Shown: positions 54,605 through 64,000 of the stretch, in pieces | How the letters are laid out: every line of letters begins with the position of its first letter | How positions within the stretch are numbered: position 1 is the stretch's first letter | Origin: Eledone cirrhosa | Taxonomy: Eukaryota | Assembly (NCBI GenBank): GCA_964016885.1 | Contig: OZ024757.1 | Span: forward strand, 34,472,001-34,536,000 | Direction: 5' to 3' | Length of the DNA: 64,000 nucleotides | Notes under the pieces: generated by a model | Database searches by the model: none | Told to the model about the DNA's origin: nothing | The model's input: the letters and a program-made list of their open reading frames with translations, nothing else | Program-made: the position numbers and the translations under genes

Positions 54605-55058
54605 TCAGGTGTGTATCTTTGTGAGTGTCTGTGTGTGTGTATATATGATTGTGTGTGTGTATATCTATATGTATGTGTGTGTGTATCTGTATGTATGTGT
54701 ATATCTTTGTGTATCTGTGTGTGTGTAGCTGTGTGTGTATGTATCTATGTGTGTATGTATCTATGTATATCAGGTGTGTATCTTTGTGTGTGCCTGTCTG
54801 TGTGTATATATGATTGTGTGTGTGTGTGTCTGTTTTTGTAGTTATGTGTGTGTGTATGTATATGTATGTATGTGTATATCTGTGTGTGAATGTATCTATG
54901 TGTGTGTGTGTCTACGTGTATGCATGTGTGTCTGTGTGTTTGTGTGTGTGTGTGTTTGTATGTATGTATGTTTGAATGTGTGTGTATGTGTCTGTGTGTC
55001 TGTGTGTCTATCTATGTTTGTGTGCATATGTATCTGTATGTATGTATGTATGTCTGTA

Positions 55059-55094
<36 letters not shown>

Positions 55095-55640
55095 TGTCTG
55101 TCTGTATATGTCTGTCTGTGTGTCTATCTGTCTCCCTGCCTGTATGTGTGTATCTGTGTGTGTATATGCCTGTGTATCTGTGCGTATATGCCTGTGTATC
55201 TGTGTGTGTACCTGTGTTGTGTGTATGTGTATTTGTATGGATGTGTGTATGCATCTCTGACTTTATGTGTCTGTGTCTGTCTGTGTGCATGTATGTATGT
55301 ATTTATTCATTTGTGTGTGTGTCTTTGTGTACATCTATGTATGTATGTCTCTCTGTGTTTGTGTGTATGTGTCTGTATGTATCTGTGTATGTGTCTGTGT
55401 GTCTATCTATGTTTGTGTGTGTATGTGTATCTGTATGGATGTCTGTCTGCGTGTATGTGTGTATTTGTTTGTGTGTACATGTATCTCTATGTGTATGTCT
55501 GTATGTGGCTGTATGTGACTGTGTGTATGTGTCTGTGTGTGTATTTGTTTGTGTGTACGTGTATCTGTATGTGTATGTCTGTCTGTGGCTGTCTGTGTGT
55601 ATGTGTATGGCTGTATGTATTTGTGTGTGTATGCATATGT
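54605..55640. repeat. Degenerate (TG)n tract
   Basis: Directly visible. Confidence 0.95.
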
Positions 55641-55817
55641 AAGAGGATTGTACCTGTTTCTACTGCATCTATTTATATTGCCCTACCTATTAGATAGATT
55701 GTTAAAGTACTAATGATGTTATTGGGCATCAATAACTTACATAAAATCTTTTGGTGTCACATGTTTCCAGAACTATTGTTATAGTATTGAAAGCCAAGTC
55801 CTTGGCTTTAACTCCTA

Positions 55818-57005
55818 ATGGACAAAACCCCCACAGGATAAATCCCATATAACCAAGAACCCCATAGGACTAACATTTGACAGGTCAAAATCTAGCATGG
55901 TTACCCCACTAAATAAAAGTCCCATAGGACAAAAGCCCGACAAGACTAAAAAAAAAACCCCACAGGACTAAAGTCCCATGGAACAAAAGCCAGTCAAAAG
56001 TCCCTAGGACAAAATTCCAACAAGACGAGATCTCATATAAATACCTCACTAGAAAAAGTGACATAGGACAAAAACCCACACGACAAAAACAAACAAAAAA
56101 AAAAACCCAGAAGACAAAATTCTCACATGACAATCCCCAGGCTGCATGGTAAAATCACCACCAGTCTAAAGTCCCTCACACCCCACCCTAGAACAAAATG
56201 CCCAAGACAGGGTAACCCATAAGGTAAACTCATTACCAGTTTAAAGTCCCTAGGATAAAACCCCCAAGACAATAACCTATAAGGCAAAATCGGAACTATA
56301 TCATACAACGACCCCCACATAGTAAGAATAAATGAAAATAAAAATAATAATAATGATATATAATTTAAATAAATAGATTTAGTTTATTGTTTATCAGGTA
56401 AATTACATTTCTTAATGTTAGCTGTTAAATACTATAAAGAGATTTGGTTTTATTTTTTTACTGTGGGGGATTTTTTTGTTTGATAGGAGTGGGAATTTTA
56501 TCCAGTCAGAGTGGGAATTTCCCTATCAGTCTGGTGATTTCCCTATCAATCTGGCTTCCAAGTAGTTTCAGTCTAGCAAATTTTGTTCACCCTCGAAATT
56601 TTTGTCCTGTGGGACTTTTGTCTAGTGGGGGAATCCATATTACATTTTATCCTGTGGGACTATTGTCTAGTGAGGTATTTGTATTAGATAATATCCTGTG
56701 GAATAAAATTTAATATGAATACTATGGGTAGACCCTGAGTAAGATGGTAGGATAACATCCATGAGCTTGGCTGGTCACGTTTGGGGATCCAGCCGGATCA
56801 GTTGGAGACTTACTTCTGACAAGACCCGCTAGATGGAATGTTTGAGTACTCTGCCCCCATGACCCTCTTAGGAATAAGTGGGTAAAGAAGAAGAAAAAGA
56901 AGAAAGAAAAAGAAGGGGCTTTTGTCTAATGAGGTATTCATATGAGATATTATTCTGCGGGACTTTTGTCTAGTGGGGTATTTGTTCTATATTTTTTTCC
57001 TGTGG
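55818..57005. mobile_element. Foldback-like DNA element with inverted arrays of short subterminal repeats
   Basis: The left arm has many ggacaaaa(g)cccc units, the right arm has gggacttttgtc units, and the middle is AT-rich. An RTE 3' end is inserted at 56725-56915. Confidence 0.55.
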
Positions 57006-58587
57006 GGAGTAAGTGTGAACCTGAGGAAATGATAAATGACACTTGCTCAAAACAGCACACAATGTGATTGGACCTGGGACCTAATTATTGTGAAGTGAAC
57101 TTCTTAAGTATTTGACCATCTGTTAAGTATATACAGCTTCAACAAATACGTATTAGTACAGTTTAGTGTGACGTTTAAAATCGATTTCAAGATCAATAGA
57201 AAGAAAATCTACTAAATAGTCAGAACTAGTAGCTATAAGTAAGCTGGTATTTGTTAGCTAAGCTCGTTGTTGTTCTGTATTAAGCCCGAGGTTCTCACTC
57301 TAGGCTTATCATACTGCAACACTCTGCAATAAACCCAACACCCGTTCATGTTCACTTGTTTTACTGAAATGAATAAAATAATAGAATAATCGGCAATCCT
57401 TCCTTTTAGGTTTAAGTGATGTAAACAATGATTCTGGTGATTGCCGTGCCAGAAATAATGGTTTATTTTCGCTTTCATAGTCACTATAAAGATCATGTAC
57501 AATATCATCATCATCATTATCATCATCATCATCATTATCATCACCATCATCATCATCATCACCATCATTATCATCATCATAATCATCATCATCAATCGTC
57601 ATTGAGATGGTCACAGTGTGTGACAGAAGATTTTTGATAAATAAGTAGGACAATTTAGTAACCAATCAGTTACTAAACTTTATAAGGAATGGATTAATAG
57701 GCAACCTAATAATAAAGCTGAAGGGAAACTCAAATGGTGTGTGTATTTATATTGGCAGCATGACCATCCCGATGCATAACAATATGTATGTATAAATATA
57801 TATATGTATATATATATAGTTATATTTGGGGAGGGTCATATTGTTATAATATTGCCAGAAATAATAATAAAACACACTCACAGTTTGGTTTTCGCTTCTG
57901 TATATTATATATCCCTATAGTTAATTTAGCTGGCAATCAATGTTTATCATTGATTGACCAACAATTAAAAATATATATATAAATATATATATATATAGTC
58001 TATCAAAGTTCTTTCATCACACACCACTGACATCATCAGTGGTGCTATTATGTTTCCTTCCATTGTATTGTAATGTCTACTCTATTTTTATTTATTTATT
58101 TATTCTTCTCTCTGTTTGCGCATACATTTGTGTGTGTGTGTTTTCTATTTGGTGTGTGTTCGAGTTTATGTGTGTTTGTTCACTACTGTGTGTTTATGTG
58201 TGGTTGTTGTTATTGTACTTGTGTATATTTATTTATTTATATTTATCTTAGGTCAGTATTGTGTGTTTGGGTATGGTTGTTGTTGTTACTCCATTCTTTT
58301 TTTTTTCTGTTCAACTTTGGTTTTCTTAATTCTATTTCTGTTGCTTCTCTGATTTGTCTACCTGTTGAGTCATTTCTATGTTTAGATATTATTTTAATTT
58401 CTATGTTGTCTATATTACCGTCATGTCTATGTCTAGCATGTTCATATAGTACTGAACCGTTTTTTTACATATAATAATAATAATAACATGACCGTGACCT
58501 CTGGCATCGCGCAATAATACAGAAGACCCGACCCTCCATGGGTACAAGCCGAAGCTGAAGCATATAGACAATATGCCCCCACACCCT

Positions 58588-58853
58588 CCCACTGCAAAGT
58601 GGTCGTGGAGATGCCATGGCAAAAAAGCACCCAGCCCACACTGTAAAGTGGACGTGTAGGCGCCACGGAAAATAAGCACCCAGCACTCACTGTAAATGAG
58701 GTTGGTGTTAGGAAGGGCATCCAGTTGTAGAAATCAACCCAGAATCAGTTCCCGTATGAGCAAGACAAGGTCAGCCAACCAGTCACTGCCCACAACAGGA
58801 CAACCCGTCTAACCCATGCTAGCGTGGAAGAACGGACATAAAACGGTGATGAT
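58588..58853 (+). mobile_element. 3' part of a family B SINE / RTE tail
   Basis: Matches 7100-7310. Confidence 0.85.
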
Positions 58854-59126
58854 AAATAACAATAATAATATTGAAATGAAGGCATCGGAAGAACTGTTGT
58901 ATCTCTGATCGTTCTGTCACTCAGTCAATGTTTTAATTAAGCCAGCATCACTAGGACACCAACCAAGAACGAAAGCAGAGTACACACTTATACGTTAATA
59001 GTGAGAGAATTTACTTATATACATCATCATCATCATCATCATCATCGTTTTACGTCCGTTCTTCCGGTGATGATGATGTATATAAGTAAATTCTCTACCC
59101 ACAGAAAATAGTTTATATATATATAT

Positions 59127-59664
59127 CGTGTGGGCGATCAAAATAGACGGTAGCTACAGAGTAGGCAGAGCCAGAAAAACCTGGGACGACTTGATAAATT
59201 CCGACCTTACACACTTACACCTCTCCAAGACAATGTCACTGGACGTTATGCAGTAATACAGAAGACCCGCCTTGACTAAGTACAAAGCGAAAAATCTACA
59301 GTTAGTAGGCAACTCTTAACTAAAATACACCTCCCCTACCCCCACCCCCATCTACACCTCCCCTTTCGATGTAAAGTTATGTTAGTACTACAACATCCAG
59401 TCCTAAATAAATGAGGTCGTGTAGGTGTCACGACAAAAAAAAAAACACACAGTCCACGCTGTAATGTGGCCGAGTAGGTAACACGGTAAAAACCTCCGAG
59501 TCCACACTGTAAACGTGGTTGGTGTTAGGAAGGGCATCCAGCCATAGAAAACCCGCCAGACAGTCCTATAAGAGCAAGACAACCAATCTTGCCTCAAGTG
59601 GGACAATTCCCATCTAAACCCATGCTAGCGTGAAAGATAGACGTTAAACGATGATGATGATGAT
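59127..59664 (+). mobile_element. 5'-truncated RTE (ORF end plus 3' UTR) in (TA)n
   Basis: AIKIDGSYRVGRARKTWDDLINSDL, homologous to 47565-47640. Confidence 0.9.
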
Positions 59665-59990
59665 ACACACACACACATATGTATATACACATATATACAT
59701 ATACATATATATTTATATATACACAAATATGTATATATATCTACATATATATACACACACACACATATATAAAATAGTAATATTAATGAGAGTAAATCTC
59801 ACTGATTTACTAGGTGTATTTTAGCTCAATGTGATGATAAGATCATGCAGAGCAGGTACGTATATATTTATAAACTAAAATTAAAAGTTCAAGGCATTTA
59901 ATTACTGACAATTGTTTCTTCCCATAGTAATATGCCACAGACGGAAAATTATTTTATTTAACAATTTGCTATTAGCTAGCATTAACTATA

Positions 59991-60238
59991 GGGGTCATCA
60001 GAGTTTAATTATAATCCAAAACAATTAATTCAATATCAATACAAATCAATCAAGAAAAACAGATAACATATATCACTTATCAAAATAAATCACAGTTAAA
60101 AAGATCATAGTTAAAAAAATATGGTGTCAGTTGTATTAAAATACTTAACGGTTATTTAGAAGAGTAGTATTTTTGTTGAATGATTTGTATTGATATTGAA
60201 TTAATAGTTTTGGGTTTTAATTAAACTCTGATGACCTT
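59991..60238. mobile_element. MITE with ~68-bp TIRs, TA-flanked
   Basis: ggggtcatcagagtttaatt...aattcaatatcaatacaaatca / tgatttgtattgatattgaatt...aattaaactctgatgacctt. Confidence 0.75.
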
Positions 60239-60342
60239 TAAATAGATTTTTTTACATAAGTTTAATATGTAAAATTGCTTCTCTGAGTGATATCTTATCT
60301 GTATATTTTATCCATTCATTGATATGTCTAGGTGTTAATACA

Positions 60343-60385
<43 letters not shown>

Positions 60386-60465
60386 CATATGCATACAGTT
60401 ACTTGAAAAGAAATTAAAAAGAATTAAATGATTTAAGAACTTTTATCTAACATCTTAATTGTCTT

Positions 60466-60505
<40 letters not shown>

Positions 60506-60507
<2 letters not shown>

Positions 60508-60540
60508 GATGATTTCATATGAATGAAACAGTTTTAGTCC
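60506..60540 (+). ncRNA. Degenerate hammerhead motif, 5'-truncated by (TA)n
   Basis: CTGATGA-t-ttca ta tgaa-t-GAAAC-agtt-TTA. Confidence 0.45.
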
Positions 60541-60546
60541 TATTAA

Positions 60547-60731
60547 ATAATTGTTTCTACTTTTTGGCACAAGGCCAGCAATTACCCAGTGCATTACTGG
60601 TACTTTATTTTATCGACCCCGTAAGGATGAAAGGCAAAGTTAACCTCGGCAGGATTTGAACTCAGAATGGCAAGGGCCGTAACTCTATGCATCAAAAGAT
60701 GGCATCCGATCTGCTACCGATACTACCAATG
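60547..60731 (-). mobile_element. tRNA-derived SINE, family A
   Basis: Central domain and boxes are present. Confidence 0.85.
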
Positions 60732-60850
60732 GTATATATATTTATATTTATGTATATATTGTAGTACAAAATTGATATAAATATCCAAGGGTTTAGAGTA
60801 ATGAGTCTTGTATAATGCCATGTTATAACTGATTATATATATATATATAT

Positions 60851-61040
60851 ATAATTGTTTCTACTTTAGGCACAAGGCCAGCAATTATCCAGTGCATTAC
60901 TGGTACTTTATTTTATCGACCCCGTAAGGATGAAAGGCAAAGTCAACCTCGGTGGGATTTGAACTCAGATCATAAAGGGACGTAACTATGCTGGAAAGCA
61001 TGGCGCCCGACCCTCTACCGATACTGCCAATCCACCGCCC
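60851..61040 (-). mobile_element. tRNA-derived SINE, family A (intact), in (TA)n
   Basis: Reverse complement of 14777-14966. Confidence 0.92.
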
Positions 61041-61051
61041 TCATATATATA

Positions 61052-61162
61052 TATAATAACTAGAAATTGATTAACATATATATAAACATGAATAATCACA
61101 GGAGATTATCTCCTGTGATTATTCATGTTTATATATATGTTAATCAATTTCTAGTTATTATA
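61052..61162. repeat. Perfect palindrome, 55-bp arms, 1-nt centre
   Basis: 61052-61106 is the exact reverse complement of 61108-61162. Confidence 0.92.
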
Positions 61163-61285
61163 AAATGCTCGGACCTACTCATTAGAATCTTGGATCTTAT
61201 TTTCCGGGTGATATGGGGCATGTCTTTCTGGCATGACACCCATACTTTTGATTTAGATTAAATTCTTTTAATTTATCTTAATTTT

Positions 61286-61327
<42 letters not shown>

Positions 61328-61329
<2 letters not shown>

Positions 61330-61520
61330 CGAAGGAGGTGTGGAAAGGAACCAGATGGACCATAACACACCAGAGTACTCAATACTTAGGGTAGTAGAGT
61401 GGGTAATAGGAAAATGTTTAACCCCGACGGCAGAGCTCAAGCTGTTTCGACGGCTATTTCTGGACTGAATAGCCGTCGAAACGGCTTGAGCTCTGCAGTC
61501 GGGGTTAAACATTTTCCTAT
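61328..61520 (-). mobile_element. Half-hammerhead fold-back element E1
   Basis: 53-bp arms (61406-61458 / 61468-61520, 2 differences). The arm consensus reads GAAAC-ggc..gcc-GTC. TA-flanked. Confidence 0.75.
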
Positions 61521-62120
61521 ATATATATATATATATAGTAGAACTGCTTCTTTTTAAACCAAACACACTGCTATTTCTAGCATTCCCATTGGCCTGTCTG
61601 TATCCTCATAGTGTTACATTCCTCACCATGTGCGTTCAGATCCTCTTTTGAATTTATGGTGACTGGTCATCTAAAATGTGTTTAGTAAGAGGAACTTCTA
61701 CTGACGATTGAGTGTTTTGTCTTATGGTTCCTTCTTGTTAACATTTCTCTTTTACTCATGAAACAACTGTATAGAAAATTGAAATCTCTGAATTTTACCT
61801 TCTTTAAGTAAGATTTTTTTACTTGCTATCCAACTTGGAAATAATTGGTATTTTACCATCTAGGTACGTTTTTTTACTTGCTATCCAATTTTTCTTTGGC
61901 AATGTGTATATGAATATATATATGTATATGGATGGTAAGAATTGATCTTATGAAATCTTTACCCTCAGATCTATATAATTGTACAAACATGCATAATATG
62001 GATACATTTTATCTAGACAATTTCTAACCCTAGAATTATTATATATATAGTTCAAGGAGACAACAAACAGAGGTATAAAAAGTCTTATTAGTTTCCCGCA
62101 TTAGTAAAAAGAGGAAAAAA

Positions 62121-62157
62121 AGTTTGATATGTCGGGCTTAAGCCCTTCTTCAGGAGT
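62121..62157 (-). ncRNA. Degenerate hammerhead motif
   Basis: Minus strand CTGAAGA-a-gggc ttaa gccc-GACATATC (expected GAAACGTC). Confidence 0.4.
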
Positions 62158-62663
62158 ACAAAATAGACAGGATCGTAATGGAGAAACAGAAAAAAGGTCC
62201 AGTAAAGACAGCAAAGAAAAAAAACAAAAATGAAGATGGAAAACAAGAAAACTATTAGGTAGTCTTGGTTACAGTAGGAACACAGAGTGGAGTGTGTGTG
62301 TATAACTATTGTTATATGTGTGAGTGTAAGTGTAAATTTAAACATAAAGATTGTTTTTGCTCGTCTGTGTCTCTCCTCTTTGTTCTGTTTACTCCATCTT
62401 GTATTTCCAACAGAATGGCACAAAATATGAGATGAAAGAGCTTTGACCATTAAATATCACAATTAAACCACCATCCGGTTACTAAACTAACTGAGGAGTG
62501 GATTAGTTACCAAACTAATAATGATTTGATAATAAAACTGAAGGGAAACTCAACTTGTGTGTGTGTGTGTTTATATTGGCAGCATAACCATTCCAAACTA
62601 TATCTCTATATATAAACATATAGACACACACATATATATATATATATATACACATATATATAT

Positions 62664-62864
62664 CAGAGAGGGTGTGGTAAGATACCAGGTGGACTATAAT
62701 CCACCCGAGTACTCGATACTTGGGGTAGTAGAGTGAATAATATGAAAAGGTTCAGGACTCTGAAGGCTGAGCTCCGGCCGTTTCGAAAGCGAGATCCAAA
62801 CTGCTTGGATCTAGCTGTTGAAACGGCCAAAGCTCAGCCGTCAGGGTCCTGAATCTTTTCATAT
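62664..62864 (-). mobile_element. Half-hammerhead fold-back element E2
   Basis: About 60-bp arms (62740-62864). The right arm reads GAAAC-ggc caaagctca gcc-GTC. The tail is homologous to E1. TA-flanked. Confidence 0.75.
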
Positions 62865-62884
62865 ATATATATATATATATAAAG

Positions 62885-62927
<43 letters not shown>

Positions 62928-62975
62928 TTTTGTGTGTTAGTTAACAGTTTGCATGTGACTTTGCACATAAACTCT

Positions 62976-63063
62976 CATATCTGATGAAATGTTGAAGAAG
63001 AGTCAGACCCTGGTCATTATGATTATACCCTGAGCTGATCAATATTGAAACAATTGTAATATG
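62976..63063 (+). ncRNA. Intact minimal type-I hammerhead ribozyme
   Basis: Stem I catat/atatg. CTGATGA at 62981-62987. Stem II aatgttga/tcaatatt. GAAAC at 63047-63051. Palindromic stem III ACAATTGT. GUA cleavage triplet at 63056-63058. AATAAA follows. Confidence 0.85.
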
Positions 63064-63524
63064 CCAATAAAGTCTATATATATACTGCAACAGTGACTTT
63101 GATCCTCCTTACTTTATATATATATATATATATTCACAGAACTTATGTTTACCGAATTCGCAGACCAGACCCCTTTTTCCTCCCGTTAGACCTGTGCGAA
63201 ATTCCTTCCTTGCTCACATTTCAACCAGGTTTGATGGTCTTTATTCTCTCGTTCACGATTTCACCAAACTTAAATTCATAGAAATCTGGGACTTGTCTCC
63301 TTATTCCTCACTTTCTGTTGCCTCACCATTTTGTTTGTTTACCCTCGCGTCCCCTTTATTTACGTGTCCCAACGACTTTTTTTTAGCCGTTGCTCGCACC
63401 AACCGGAGGTATATGGTCTTTAAAGCGATGAAATACCTCTGATAGTTGGAAGATCACTGATGAAGGACAAACTTTTTTCATATGTAACCCATTTGCAACT
63501 CCGCAGCGCCCTTATTATCATATT

Positions 63525-63664
<140 letters not shown>

Positions 63665-63668
63665 TATA

Positions 63669-64000
63669 TACAAGGAGGCAACGATGCTTCGATGGATGGG
63701 CAATGTTAATATGTGAGAATGACAAAGCATGGATGAACTGAGGGAGAAGCTGGGTATGAGAGGAATCAGAAGTAATGGGAAGTGGAGGAGACTGCACTGG
63801 TATGGACATGTGATGAGTATGGATGACAATCGCTGGGTTAAGAAGTGCCAAGTAATCCCAGTGGAAGGAGGCCGTGGTAGAGGAAGACCAAGAAAAACCT
63901 GGATGGAATTGGTGAGAGGTGATCTCAGATCACTAAAGTACATGGAGGAGATTACAAAGGAATGCACCAAGGGGAGAGGGGCTGTGCTGAGAAGAACCCA
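63669..64000 (+). mobile_element. 5'-truncated RTE C-terminus (second subfamily), runs off the window
   Basis: EATMLRWM...[11 protein letters not shown]...[10 protein letters not shown]...GRGRPRKTW, with in-frame stops. It starts at (TA)n. Confidence 0.88.

Noticed and set aside
57254-57364. Minus-strand acceptors with short frames (57364, 36033, 43685)
   Set aside because: Good polypyrimidine tracts, but no recognisable protein or matching donor. They cannot be supported without transcripts.
60226-60236. CTGATGA matches at about 60228, 6839, 54265 and 54389
   Set aside because: They lie in MITE TIRs, SINE tails or tandem repeats and lack the GAAA and stem architecture.
63135-63300. Possible Penelope GIY-YIG C-terminal remnant
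   Set aside because: Only vague similarity across frames and no firm motif.
63450-63520. CTGATGA at about 63456 as a hammerhead
   Set aside because: No recognisable GAAA or stem III downstream. It may be a heavily decayed pLTR but this is unsupported.

Overview
This is AT-rich, repeat-saturated eukaryotic DNA, probably intronic or intergenic. The repeat content and (TA)n/(CAT)n density suggest an octopus-type cephalopod, which is an inference. No complete host gene is evident and most ORFs in the track are microsatellite artefacts. The real coding remnants are retroelements: a 5'-truncated RTE LINE (46313-48230) whose RT carries an inserted PHD finger, a BovB-like RTE end with three C2H2 fingers, a CR1 end, and two Penelope-like elements (one Naiad-like with GIY-YIG). 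The window also holds many tRNA-derived SINEs and piggyBac-, hAT- and Tc1/mariner-type MITEs. The most striking signal is a set of minimal type-I hammerhead ribozyme motifs, one fully intact at 62976-63063. Several fold-back elements are head-to-head inverted copies of hammerhead halves, two of them centred on stem II, and three share a downstream AGTAT(T/C)GAGTACTC motif. Many retro-insertions sit inside (TA)n tracts. A candidate host first exon with a CRE/ETS promoter lies on the minus strand near 32.9-33.2 kb. All coordinates were read by eye and boundaries may be off by a few bases.
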